A stretch of 43,741 bases of DNA from Candidatus Micrarchaeota archaeon (GCA_964643685.1 CAZXTN010000006.1:1-43741); one strand, 5' to 3'. Positions 1-9,618 are shown, counted from the stretch's first letter. Numbers and translations are program-made. The notes: a model not told the origin generated them from the sequence alone.

Positions 1-15
1 ATCTCCTGCGGCCCA
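1..15 (+). tRNA. possible 3' end of a tRNA gene truncated by the window edge
   Basis: AT-CTCCT-GCGGCCC-A fits T-loop end + 5-nt T-stem strand + 7-nt acceptor strand + discriminator; GC-rich in an AT-rich context; only 15 nt visible. Confidence 0.3.
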
Positions 16-76
16 CTTAACAAAACCAAAAAAAACAAAAACAAATTTTTTCTTTAGGGAGAATTAAAAAAAAGGA

Positions 77-469
77 TTAAATCAATAAATTTTTCCTTTT
101 CCTGTACTCAGCATGCAATGCTTTAGAATGCTTGTCATCAACAAGCATTTTGCCAAAACACTTATGAGGCACTAAAGCGCCGCTGAATTTTTTAGGAATA
201 TGAAGCAATTCATGAATAACAACTTCTTCTTTTTCAGCTTCACTTAATTTATCAAAATGCTGCGCTAAAACTTCAATTACGTAATGAGGAGGTATTTCAA
301 GCGCTTTCTGCCAAATTGAAGGCAATTCCCAAATACGAGCATAAGCATTTGCCTTCGAGTCAAAACTGCGCATATACACTATTCTAGTAGAATCAATATA
401 ATCCAATTCCAAAGTATGGATAATATCATTTGCCATCTCCTGCACGTCAGGAGCGTATTTTAATTTCAC
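77..469 (-). CDS. putative zinc metallopeptidase (HExxH), archaeal/phage metallopeptidase-like
   Basis: 130 aa; VVIHELLHIP motif; GTG start with AGGAGAGG upstream. Confidence 0.75.
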   Translation of the reverse strand: MKLKYAPDVQEMANDIIHTLELDYIDSTRIVYMRSFDSKANAYARIWELPSIWQKALEIPPHYVIEVLAQHFDKLSEAEKEEVVIHELLHIPKKFSGALVPHKCFGKMLVDDKHSKALHAEYRKRKNLLI

Positions 470-525
470 TTTTTTCCTCTCCTTTTTAGCGCATCCTGCA
501 CATCAAGAGCATATTTTAATTTCAT
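466..525 (-). CDS. 19-aa upstream mini-ORF duplicating the N-terminus of the metallopeptidase
   Basis: MKLKYALDVQDALKRRGKK* vs MKLKYAPDVQE; its TGA overlaps the GTG start (GTGA). Confidence 0.45.
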   Translation of the reverse strand: MKLKYALDVQDALKRRGKK

Positions 526-630
526 AATAAATAATTAAAAAATTCATTACATAAAAAAAGCACAGGTAAAACAAAAAACAAAACATCACAGCACAGTCTG
601 ATAAACTTTAGTGCTAATTGAACTTTAATT

Positions 631-735
631 ACCGAAACGCAGGGGGGTTGCCACCCCTCTCAGTTTTTCCTGTTAAGGAAAAACGTTTGAGTCTTTAGGC
701 GATTGATTTCTAGGGAATTTCTGATCCCCCTTCCC
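631..735 (-). mobile_element. solo copy of the structured unit found in the tRNA-His 3' array
   Basis: reverse complement shares ATCAGAAATTCCCTAGAAAT (706-725 = 36557-36576) and CCCCCTGCGTTTCGGT (631-646 = 36592-36607) exactly; mobility is inferred. Confidence 0.6.
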
Positions 736-1251
736 TTATAACACTGTTTGGTAAGCTTTAGTGCTCATTGCTTTGATTTCTTCAGCTTGTTTTCCAAAAT
801 AAGAGTCAAACTTAGGCGAAGTTGAGAGTACTTTTGTCTGTCCTTTTTTCTGCGCAATTAAAAAACCCTTTTCAGTCAATTCCTTGACATAATCATAAGC
901 CTTGTTCCCAACTATTTTTACAATAATTGACTGCTTCACAGGCTGCTTGACAGCAATCAAACCCAAAGTCCTAAGCACTGCCTTGCTCATCTCCACACCA
1001 ACAGCCAAGTGGCTTACTTCCTTCAAGTAATCAGGACGCACAGTCATAGCAAACTTCTTATCACCTGTCTTGACAATCGCCAAACTAGAATCACGTGAAT
1101 TATATTCATTCATCAAATCCTCAATAACCTTCAAAGACAAGGAAAAACTAGACAAGCCCATGATTTTAGTCAATTCATCCAAGCCAATAGGCGAGGGGCT
1201 CATGAACAAAGCAGCTTCGCATAACTTCTTAGGATCCTTTTCCCCTGCCAC
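736..1251 (-). CDS. scpB: SMC-Scp complex subunit ScpB
   Basis: EAALF N-terminus, LRTLGLIAVKQPV motif, F..YFG C-terminus; overlaps scpA; GTG at 1251 is the likely start (ORF track gives 1260). Confidence 0.9.
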   Translation of the reverse strand: MAGEKDPKKLCEAALFMSPSPIGLDELTKIMGLSSFSLSLKVIEDLMNEYNSRDSSLAIVKTGDKKFAMTVRPDYLKEVSHLAVGVEMSKAVLRTLGLIAVKQPVKQSIIVKIVGNKAYDYVKELTEKGFLIAQKKGQTKVLSTSPKFDSYFGKQAEEIKAMSTKAYQTVL

Positions 1252-1969
1252 GCACAACACCCATATTCAATTTCTCTTTCTTCTTCTGATTTTCAATCAA
1301 GTGAATAAATATTTCACCAAAAACTTCCTCTTGCCACACGTTCAACAAACCCTTGTTAGCTAAATGAAGCACAGGCACAAACACGTTTAAAAAATCATTT
1401 ACATCTTTTCTAGGAACCAATTGAGACAAAGTCACCAATTTTTCCTTGTCAACCTTTCCTTTAACCATTTCATAAACTTTGTCAATCCTCTTTTCAAAGT
1501 CAACTTCATTTGACTTAACCAAGTCAATTAAAACCTCAGGCACTTCCTCCTTCAATTTCCTATCCTGCTTTGACTTCACTTTCTCCTTAACCATGACATC
1601 TTCGATAGCGTCAATCAATTCCTCTAAAGTCACACGGCGATGAGTTTCCCTAAAAACAGGCTGCAAGTCAGGAAAAACAGGCGGCTGAATAATTTCATCA
1701 GGAATAAACATTGGCTGAAAAACATCAGCATGCAAAGGAGAGACAACCCACTTGTCGCTTTTGAACCTCAGCAAGATGCTGCTTGCAAGAATAGCATTAG
1801 CTGGAATGCGAAAATCAAAACTCTTCAATTCATTCAATTTAGCCATGAACTTGTCAGTAAGGAGATTAATGTCAATATCCCAAGGATCCAAACCTTCTTT
1901 TTTAACAACGCCAACCAGCAACTGTTTCCACTCAGGTTGCTGAGCAAGCTCCATAAGCTCAATATCCAA
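1229..1969 (-). CDS. scpA: segregation/condensation protein A (kleisin ScpA)
   Basis: LDPWDIDI motif, ASSILLRFKS, C-terminal LHLAN..L...QEEVFGEI. Confidence 0.9.
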   Translation of the reverse strand: MDIELMELAQQPEWKQLLVGVVKKEGLDPWDIDINLLTDKFMAKLNELKSFDFRIPANAILASSILLRFKSDKWVVSPLHADVFQPMFIPDEIIQPPVFPDLQPVFRETHRRVTLEELIDAIEDVMVKEKVKSKQDRKLKEEVPEVLIDLVKSNEVDFEKRIDKVYEMVKGKVDKEKLVTLSQLVPRKDVNDFLNVFVPVLHLANKGLLNVWQEEVFGEIFIHLIENQKKKEKLNMGVVRGRGKGS

Positions 1970-2070
1970 ATCGCGTCACCAAGAAAAAGTAACACAACAA
2001 GAGTATAAAAATAATTGCCTTTAAATACAAGTTAATCCATAAAAATTGAAGTTAAAAAAAAGTGATTGTT

Positions 2071-2676
2071 ATGGGAATACTTAAAAAAATAAAAAAAGCA
2101 ATAAAAAAACAAGCAAAAACTAAACAAACAACCACAAAAAAAGCAAAAAAACAGACAAAAAAAACAAGCAAAAAACCAAGCGAAAAAAAGAAAACAGCAA
2201 CAAAAACAACTAAAAAGAAAGCAGTTAAAAAAGTTGTAAAGAAAAAAACAGTTAAGAAAAAAACAACTGCGAGAAAAAAGGCAGTTAAAAAAGTTGTGAA
2301 AAAGAAAACAGCAGCAAAAAAGAAAACAACAGCTAAAAAAACACTGAAAAAAGCAGCTAAAAAAAAGGCAGTTAAAAAAACAGCTGTTAAGAAAAAAGCA
2401 GCAGCTAAAAAAGAAAGCAAGAAGCAGCTAAAATTGAAAAAAAAGCAAGAAAAGGAATTGGAACCTATAAAGCCAGTGAAAAAAGACCCTTACTTAGTCA
2501 GATGCCCTGAATGCGGTTACGAATTCAAACTTGATAAAATGCTTGATGAAGGAGATTATACAGAGTGCCCGGAATGCAAAGCATCATTAGTAGTAACTTA
2601 TTACATGGATCATTTCAAAGTAATAAAAGAAAGACAAGAACAAGAAGGAGAAGTTGACATGAGCGACTTCGACTAA
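2071..2676 (+). CDS. Lys/Ala-rich histone H1-like protein with C-terminal Zn ribbon and acidic tail
   Basis: repeated KKKAVKKVVKKKT / KKKTAAKKK; CPEC...CPEC; ends EQEGEVDMSDFD; start 2071 or 2062. Confidence 0.7.
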   Translation: MGILKKIKKAIKKQAKTKQTTTKKAKKQTKKTSKKPSEKKKTATKTTKKKAVKKVVKKKTVKKKTTARKKAVKKVVKKKTAAKKKTTAKKTLKKAAKKKAVKKTAVKKKAAAKKESKKQLKLKKKQEKELEPIKPVKKDPYLVRCPECGYEFKLDKMLDEGDYTECPECKASLVVTYYMDHFKVIKERQEQEGEVDMSDFD

Positions 2677-2721
2677 AAAAAAAACCTCTTTTTTTAATTT
2701 ATTTAAAAAAATGCTTATTCT

Positions 2722-3429
2722 TTACCTTTTCAAACTCTCCCATAACACTTCTTCTTTAGGATTAACAACAATACCATGCTCCCCTATTTCATAAGGATGA
2801 ATCTTCTGATCATGACTAGTTCCCCTCATTTTCCTAACAAGCAAGCTCCTATTAGGAGGATTAAAATACAAGGAGATAACAGCATCAGTAATGAATTCTT
2901 CAACACCAAAACGAGAAAACTGATCCCTGCCTCCAAGAGTCTCAGCAGTCAGCAAAGTAGTGCATTTCATCTCCTTCAATTCATCAGACAATTTGAACAA
3001 GGAATAACGAATATTCTCCTCCTTACCCATCCACATTCCAAAAGCAGTTGTAGAATCAATAACAAGCCTCTTAGCATTCATCTCATCAACCATCTTCTTA
3101 ATCTTCTCAATCTCCTCATCAAACCTCAAGGCAAACTCCTTAGGCTCAACCATCCCCATCTTGTAAATCTTAATCAAGCCATCCTGCTCATACTTAGGCA
3201 AATTCCATTTGAACGACTTCATATTCCACCATAAGTTAGTGGCACCTTCCTCCATAGTAATGTAAATCCCAGGCTCACCATACTCAGCCGCGCCATTATA
3301 GATATACTGAGTTGAAAAAATAGTCTTACCAGTACCAGCGCCGCCAGCAATCAAAACACTGCTACCTTCTAAAAATCCTCCTTGGATTAACTCATCCAAA
3401 CCAGGAATGCCACTTGGAACACGAGCCAT
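2722..3429 (-). CDS. KaiC/RAD55-family RecA-fold ATPase
   Basis: RVPSGIPGLDELIQGG, Walker A GGAGTGKT, RLVIDS, KMRGTSH. Confidence 0.9.
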   Translation of the reverse strand: MARVPSGIPGLDELIQGGFLEGSSVLIAGGAGTGKTIFSTQYIYNGAAEYGEPGIYITMEEGATNLWWNMKSFKWNLPKYEQDGLIKIYKMGMVEPKEFALRFDEEIEKIKKMVDEMNAKRLVIDSTTAFGMWMGKEENIRYSLFKLSDELKEMKCTTLLTAETLGGRDQFSRFGVEEFITDAVISLYFNPPNRSLLVRKMRGTSHDQKIHPYEIGEHGIVVNPKEEVLWESLKR

Positions 3430-3543
3430 AAAACAACAATACACCTCACATATATTTTAAATTAAATAACTAAAAATAAAAAAACAAAACAAGTTTATAA
3501 ACCCAACCCTCATTATAAAAAAATAAAAAAAAGAGGTGTTAAA

Positions 3544-4818
3544 ATGGCAAATTATACTCATTACATAAACAAAAAATACAAGCCCACGCCAAACGACCTA
3601 ATTTGCACATACAAATTCAAGCCAGGCAAAGGAATAACAAAAGAAGAAGCAGCAGGAGCAATAGCAGCAGAATCATCAACAGGAACCTGGACAAAACTAA
3701 CAACAATCAGTGAAAAAAGACAACTAAAACTCGGTGCAAAAGTATACAAAATAAAAGGAGACTACCTGGAAATAGCTTACCCAAGCGAATTATTCGAACC
3801 AGGCAACATGCCTGAAATTTTATCTTCCATAGCTGGAAACATCTACGGAATGAAAGAAATAGAAACACTGAGATTAGTTGACGTCAAATGGCCAGCTAAG
3901 ATAAAAAATTCATTCAAAGGACCTCAATTCGGAGTACAGGGAGTGAGAAAAACACTGAAAATCAAAAAACGCCCATTAGTCGGAACAATAGTCAAGCCAA
4001 AACTCGGGCTCACAGAAAAAGAACACGCCAAAGTAGCATACGAATCATGGATAGGAGGACTAGACGTAGTAAAAGACGACGAAAACCTCACCTCGCAGCC
4101 ATTCAACAAATTCAAAAAAAGAGTAAAAGAAACAATAAAACTCAAGAAAAAAGCAGAAAAAGAAACAGGCGAAAAAAAAGCATACATGGCAAACATCACA
4201 GCAGAAACAAACGAAATGATAAAAAGAGCAAAACTGCTGAAAAAACTCGGCAACGAATACATGATGATAGACATACTCACAACAGGATTCGCTGCGCTGC
4301 AAACAATAAGAAAAGAAATGGACGACTTGAAATTAATCATACACGGACACAGGGCAATGCACGCAGCACTAACAAGAAACCCAGAACACGGAATGTCCAT
4401 GAGCGTCCTAGCTGAAATAAGCAGGCTAATAGGAGTAGACCAGCTACACATTGGAACAGCAGTCGGAAAAATGGAAGGCAAAAAACAAGACATTCTCTAC
4501 ATAGTTGAAGACATTGAAGGAAAATTCATAAAAAAAGAAGGGCACATGCTAAGCGAAAACTGGGGAAAAATCAAACCAATGTTCGCAGTATGCTCAGGAG
4601 GACTGCATCCACTACACGTGCCAAAACTAGTGAAACTCTTCGGAAATGACATTATCATACAAGCAGGAGGAGGAGTACACGGACACCCAGACGGCACAAG
4701 AGCAGGAGCAAAAGCAATGAGACAAGCAGTCGAAGCCACAATGAAAAAAATACCACTCAAAACATACGCCAAAACGCATTATGAACTGCAAAGAGCATTT
4801 GAAAAATGGGGGAAATAA
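3544..4818 (+). CDS. rbcL: RuBisCO large subunit, form III type
   Basis: AAESSTGTW, KPKLG, GGLDVVKDDE, HGHRAMH, GKMEG, SGGLHP, QAGGGVHGHP; GAGGTG SD. Confidence 0.95.
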   Translation: MANYTHYINKKYKPTPNDLICTYKFKPGKGITKEEAAGAIAAESSTGTWTKLTTISEKRQLKLGAKVYKIKGDYLEIAYPSELFEPGNMPEILSSIAGNIYGMKEIETLRLVDVKWPAKIKNSFKGPQFGVQGVRKTLKIKKRPLVGTIVKPKLGLTEKEHAKVAYESWIGGLDVVKDDENLTSQPFNKFKKRVKETIKLKKKAEKETGEKKAYMANITAETNEMIKRAKLLKKLGNEYMMIDILTTGFAALQTIRKEMDDLKLIIHGHRAMHAALTRNPEHGMSMSVLAEISRLIGVDQLHIGTAVGKMEGKKQDILYIVEDIEGKFIKKEGHMLSENWGKIKPMFAVCSGGLHPLHVPKLVKLFGNDIIIQAGGGVHGHPDGTRAGAKAMRQAVEATMKKIPLKTYAKTHYELQRAFEKWGK

Positions 4819-4934
4819 ACAACAAATTAGCCCTCTTCTTTTCTTTTTCTTGAATCACTAGTTTTTTTTCAGCAATATTAATATACTCGTAAATTCAAAA
4901 ATTAAAGTAATTAATGCTTAAAGGTGATTTTTTA

Positions 4935-5102
4935 ATGGCTGGAACAGTTAAAATAAACACAATCTGCCCAGGCTGCTTTGCAGAAACAGGACACAGCATA
5001 GTGATGCAAGAAAAAGAAGGCATTTACTACTGCCCAAAAAACCCTGAACACAGGTACAAGAGAAACGCAGACGGGTTCCTTGAAAAAACAGACTCATGGT
5101 AA
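4935..5102 (+). CDS. small Zn-finger-like protein
   Basis: CPGC...CPKNPEH; AGGTGA SD. Confidence 0.65.
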   Translation: MAGTVKINTICPGCFAETGHSIVMQEKEGIYYCPKNPEHRYKRNADGFLEKTDSW

Positions 5103-5168
5103 TTGAAATAATTAAAAAAAAATCAGTGGCAGGATTAAATACTTTTTCTTCTTTTATTTTTAACCATC

Positions 5169-7040
5169 ATGAAACAAGTTTACTTCAGACACGATGAAAT
5201 AAGAAAAGGGCAAAAAGAGTTAATTAAAGACATTTTAAACGCAGTTGAAACAAAGAAAAACTTGATAGCCCACGCTTCAACTGGAATTGGAAAAACAGAC
5301 GCTTCAATCTCAGCAGTTCTTAAATACGCAATAGATGAAAACAAGACAATCTTCTTCTTAACACCTAAAATTTCACAGCATAAAATAGCAGTGCAAGTAT
5401 TCAAAGAACTAGCCGAGAAATACGAGCTAGAAGAAACAGCAGTAGACATAGTTGGAAAAAAGAACATGTGCGCAGACAAGGAACTCAGATTGAAAGACGC
5501 CGACGACTTCTACGAGCTATGCAGGAAAAGAAGAGCAAAAAACAAATGCCCTTACTACGAAAACATCATGGGCTCTTCATTCATAAAAAGACAAGCAGCT
5601 AAAAAAAGATTCAACGAAATAAAACAATGGTTCGGAAACGCAAAAGAACATGACGAGCTGACAAAAAAATGCGAGAAGCTGACAAGCAAAGGATTTCCAA
5701 CGCCAATATGCCCTTATGAAACAGCGCTTAAACTAGCAAGAGAAGCTCGGTTAATAATAGCTGACTACTACCAAGTGCTCAATCCATACATTGCAGATAC
5801 TTTCATGCAAAAAACAAACAAAGAGCTTGAAAATTCAATACTCATTATAGACGAAGCTCACAACCTGCCTGACAGGATGAGGAAAGGACTCAGCGCTTCA
5901 CTGAACGCAAAAACAGTGAAAAAAGCAGCTCAAGAAAGCCTGCTAATGGAAAACAAGCTCCTTGCAATGAAACTGGAAAAAATAGCAAGAGAAATTGAAA
6001 AAATAGAAAAAGAACTTGACGTCAAAGAAAGAGTCGCTTACAAAGAAGAAATTCCATTCATGAACACCAGCGAATTGAATGACTTGCATCAAACAGGGCT
6101 ACTGTTCCTTGAAAACACTACAAGAAGCAGAAGCAACTGCCTCAGAGTGCTTAGGTTCTACGAGCAATGGATGCAGGACTCGGACGCTTTCCTGAGAATA
6201 GCTAAAAAAACAAGCAGAGGAGTTTCAATTGAATCAAAATGCCTCGATCCTTCAGTGGCAACTGAAAAGCCATTCAAAGAAGCGCATTCAGTGATTTTAA
6301 TGAGCGGGACGCTGAAGCCAGGTGAAATGTACCGCGACGTGCTTGGGCTTGAAAAACAAGAAACTGAAATAAGAGAATACTCCTCTCCTTTTCCAAAAGA
6401 AAACAAGCTGAACATAATACAAAAAGACGTGACAACAAAATATGAAAACAGAAGCGAAAAAGAATATGAAAAAATAGGGAAAAGGATAACTCAGGCAATT
6501 GAAAACATTCCAGGAAACGTGGCTATTTTCTTTTCCTCTTATTCAATGCTAGAAAACATAACTTCTTATGTTGAATTTGACAAAGAGGTGATAAAACAAG
6601 AGCCTGGATTAAACGCGAAAGAAATCAAGAGCCTTATTGAAAAATTTAAGAAAAAATCAAAGCAAGGTGCAGTGCTTTTAGGAGTAAGCGGAGGCAGCTT
6701 GTCAGAAGGCATTGACTTTCCAGGAGAACACCTGCTTGGTGCAGTGATTGTTGGAATTCCTTTACAGGAACCTAACTTGGAAACAACTGCTTTAATAAGA
6801 TATTATGACTTGAAATTCGGAAGAGGATGGGATTACGGCTACATCTTCCCTGCTATGAGCAAGGCGATACAAGCAGCAGGCAGGCTAATCAGAACAGAAA
6901 AAGACAAAGGAGTTGCTGTTTTCATGGATGAAAGATTCACATGGAAAAAATACGCAAAAGCTTTCCCAAAAGACTTCAATTTTCTAGTAACTGAAAAATC
7001 GCCTGCGCGTGAAATAAAAAAATTCTGGAATCAGAAGTGA
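5169..7040 (+). CDS. XPD/Rad3-family Fe-S DNA helicase
   Basis: STGIGKT, Cys cluster ligands (CPYYE/CPYE), DEAH, SGT, EGIDF, QAAGRLIR. Confidence 0.92.
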   Translation: MKQVYFRHDEIRKGQKELIKDILNAVETKKNLIAHASTGIGKTDASISAVLKYAIDENKTIFFLTPKISQHKIAVQVFKELAEKYELEETAVDIVGKKNMCADKELRLKDADDFYELCRKRRAKNKCPYYENIMGSSFIKRQAAKKRFNEIKQWFGNAKEHDELTKKCEKLTSKGFPTPICPYETALKLAREARLIIADYYQVLNPYIADTFMQKTNKELENSILIIDEAHNLPDRMRKGLSASLNAKTVKKAAQESLLMENKLLAMKLEKIAREIEKIEKELDVKERVAYKEEIPFMNTSELNDLHQTGLLFLENTTRSRSNCLRVLRFYEQWMQDSDAFLRIAKKTSRGVSIESKCLDPSVATEKPFKEAHSVILMSGTLKPGEMYRDVLGLEKQETEIREYSSPFPKENKLNIIQKDVTTKYENRSEKEYEKIGKRITQAIENIPGNVAIFFSSYSMLENITSYVEFDKEVIKQEPGLNAKEIKSLIEKFKKKSKQGAVLLGVSGGSLSEGIDFPGEHLLGAVIVGIPLQEPNLETTALIRYYDLKFGRGWDYGYIFPAMSKAIQAAGRLIRTEKDKGVAVFMDERFTWKKYAKAFPKDFNFLVTEKSPAREIKKFWNQK

Positions 7041-7519
7041 AAATGAAGAAAAGGCAAGAGGTAATTCAAGCCATAATAACCAGCATAAGCAATAAACCAG
7101 TACTTAACTAGTTTTCCAAGCAAAGTGAATACAAAAAAAGTCTTCAAGTCATATTTAATCAAGCCACAGAGTATGCCGACAGCATCAAAAGGAGAAGGAG
7201 TGGCTGAAAAAAAGAAAATTACAAAATTAGGGTGGTACTTCTTGAACTTCAATTCAACCTTGTTCAAATACTTTTCAAATTTTTTGAAAAAAATCCTCTC
7301 AGTGAAAAAGCCGGCATAGTAACTTGTTAATTCCCCAACAGCAGAGCCTATGCCTGCAAACAACCCCACCAAAAAAGGGCTTAAATGAGAAGGCAGGAAA
7401 AACACGAGAATAAAAAAAGGAGAAGGGAAGAAAATTGTAAAAGAACTTAAAAAGCCAATTATCAAAGAACCTAAAATACAGTGAGAGTAAGCTAATGAAA
7501 TTAAAAAATGATAATCCAT
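7031..7519 (-). CDS. DedA/YqaA (VTT) family membrane protein
   Basis: hydrophobic; GSAVGELTSYYAG, ATPSPFDAVGILCG, GKLVKY. Confidence 0.8.
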   Translation of the reverse strand: MDYHFLISLAYSHCILGSLIIGFLSSFTIFFPSPFFILVFFLPSHLSPFLVGLFAGIGSAVGELTSYYAGFFTERIFFKKFEKYLNKVELKFKKYHPNFVIFFFSATPSPFDAVGILCGLIKYDLKTFFVFTLLGKLVKYWFIAYAGYYGLNYLLPFLHFHF

Positions 7520-7647
7520 TGAAAAAACAACTCTTTTAAAAACTTTTAAAAAAATAAAAGGAAGCAGGAGCATTTAAATGTTTTTGAAAAAACTTAAAGC
7601 ATTAAAAACATTAAAATGATAAAACAATAAATGAAAAAGCAAAAAAG

Positions 7648-9612
7648 GTGATTGAAATAAGGCACTTGGTTACTTCTGCTCTTCCTTATGTAAACGGAGA
7701 GCTTCACATAGGGCACATTGCAGGATGCATTCTTCCAGGAGACGTTTACTCGCGTTTCTTGAAGATAAAAGGAGAGAAATGCATTTACGTATGCGGAAGC
7801 GATGAGTACGGCACGCCTATAATGGTAGCTGCTAAAAAAGAAGGAGTGACTCCGCAGCAATTAGCTGACAAGTACCATAAAAAACAAGTTGAAGCGGTTA
7901 ACGGATTAAACATTGGCTTTGACATTTTTTCAAGAACAACTTCAAAAGAACACACCAAAGTAGTGCAAGACTTTTACTACAACTTGAAGCAAAACAACTT
8001 CATTTACAGGAAACAAATAAAGCAACTGTACTGCGAAAAATGCAAGACTTTCCTAGCTGACAGGTACGTGGAAGGAACCTGTCCTTACTGCGGAGCAGAA
8101 AAAGCAAGAGGAGACCAATGCGACGCATGCGGAAAACTAATCAACCCCCTTGAATTAATAAATCCCCGTTGCGTGACATGCGGAAGCACGCCGGCAGTAA
8201 AGGAAAGCGAGCACGTGTTCTTTGACTTGCCTAAACTTGAAAACCAATTAAGTGATTGGATTGAAAACCATGAAGGCTTGTTTCCAAACACGAAAAAGTT
8301 TGCTTTGAATTTCATAAAAGAAGGGCTTAAAGAAAAAGACATTTCAAGGGACATTGAATGGGGAGTGCCTATTCCAGATGCTCCTGGCAAAGTTTTTTAC
8401 GTGTGGTTCGACGCGCCAATCGGCTACATTACTTTCACGAAGCAATTGGGAAAGGAAAATTGGTGGCATGAAAAAAGCACGCAGTTAATTCATTTCCTGG
8501 GGAAGGACAACATTCCTTTTCACAGCATTTACTTCCCAGGAATGCTGATGGCAGAAGGAAGTTATATCCTTCCATCAAAAATTGCTTCATATGAGTATTT
8601 GACTTTCGGAGGCTCCAAGCTTTCAAAATCAAAAGGAAAGGTGATAAAGGTAGTTGAAGCGCTTGAAGAATTTCCAGCTGATTACTGGAGGTATTACCTG
8701 GTTTCAAACTTGCCTGAGAAGAAAGACACTGACTTCACATGGGAGTCTTTCCAAGAAACAATCAACAGCGAGTTAAACGACACCATAGGAAACTTTATAA
8801 ACAGGACACTCACGTTCGCAGAAAAATATTTTGATTCAAAAGTTGAAAAACCAGAGTTAAGAGAAGAAGATAAAGAAGTGATAAGAGAAGCTAATGAAAA
8901 AGCAGTTCAAGCAGCAAAGCTGATTGAAGAAATTGAATTGAAAAAAGCGCTTCAAGAAGTAGTTGAAATCGCCCGCATTGGCAACCAGTTCATCACAAAA
9001 GAAGAGCCGTGGAAAAATGAAAAAAACAGGAAGCAAGTGGTTTACTCCTGCCTTCATCTAGTCAAACTCCTTTCAGTGATGCTAAAACCATTTACGCCTG
9101 AATCAGCTGAAAAAATCCAAGAATTCATCGGAAAAGAAACTAAATGGAGCCAGCTGAAACAAGAAGAAGAAAAATATGAAATAAAAGAATTTGAAATTTT
9201 ATTCAAAAAAATAGATGACAAAAGAAGAAAAGAACTGATTAAAAAATACTCGTTTGAAAAAAAAGAAAAGGAAGTGAAGAAAATGAATCACGTGACTTAC
9301 GACGATTTTGCAAAACTTGACTTAAGAGTAGCTGAAATTCTGGAAGTCGAAAAAGTTGAAAACGCAGATAAGTTGTATAAATTGAAAATAAAAGTCGGCG
9401 ACGAGAAGAGGCAACTGGTTGCTGGAATGGCTCCTTATTACACAGAAGATGAAATGAAAGGCAAGAGAATAATCATAATAGCAAATCTTGAACCGCGTAA
9501 GATAAGGGGAATTGAAAGCCAAGGAATGCTCCTTGCAGCTGAATCAGAAGATGGAAAAGTAAAGCTTTTAACTACAGACGGAGATATTGAAACAGGGTCA
9601 AAAATAAGGTAA
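7648..9612 (+). CDS. metG: methionyl-tRNA synthetase with C-terminal tRNA-binding domain
   Basis: TSALPYVNG.LHIGH, Zn knuckles, YVWFDAPIGY, GKDNIPFH, KLSKS, C-terminal SQGMLLAA. Confidence 0.97.
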   Translation: MIEIRHLVTSALPYVNGELHIGHIAGCILPGDVYSRFLKIKGEKCIYVCGSDEYGTPIMVAAKKEGVTPQQLADKYHKKQVEAVNGLNIGFDIFSRTTSKEHTKVVQDFYYNLKQNNFIYRKQIKQLYCEKCKTFLADRYVEGTCPYCGAEKARGDQCDACGKLINPLELINPRCVTCGSTPAVKESEHVFFDLPKLENQLSDWIENHEGLFPNTKKFALNFIKEGLKEKDISRDIEWGVPIPDAPGKVFYVWFDAPIGYITFTKQLGKENWWHEKSTQLIHFLGKDNIPFHSIYFPGMLMAEGSYILPSKIASYEYLTFGGSKLSKSKGKVIKVVEALEEFPADYWRYYLVSNLPEKKDTDFTWESFQETINSELNDTIGNFINRTLTFAEKYFDSKVEKPELREEDKEVIREANEKAVQAAKLIEEIELKKALQEVVEIARIGNQFITKEEPWKNEKNRKQVVYSCLHLVKLLSVMLKPFTPESAEKIQEFIGKETKWSQLKQEEEKYEIKEFEILFKKIDDKRRKELIKKYSFEKKEKEVKKMNHVTYDDFAKLDLRVAEILEVEKVENADKLYKLKIKVGDEKRQLVAGMAPYYTEDEMKGKRIIIIANLEPRKIRGIESQGMLLAAESEDGKVKLLTTDGDIETGSKIR

Positions 9613-9618
9613 TTTAAA

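Noticed and set aside
631..735. Hammerhead or other known self-cleaving ribozyme
   Set aside because: CTGAGAG does not fit CUGANGA and the GAAA/cleavage-site geometry is missing; an Rfam search is still advisable.
2052..2420. Hydrophobic antisense ORF and similar shadow ORFs (e.g. 3924-4493, 31556-32044, 33162-33638)
   Set aside because: They lie opposite well-supported genes and arise from compositional skew and low complexity.
2490..2676. LysW amino-group carrier protein
   Set aside because: No C-terminal EDWGE, fused to a long basic region, and no lysine/arginine biosynthesis genes nearby.
2722..3429. Circadian clock KaiC
   Set aside because: Single ATPase domain and no kaiA/kaiB; this is the common archaeal KaiC-like family.
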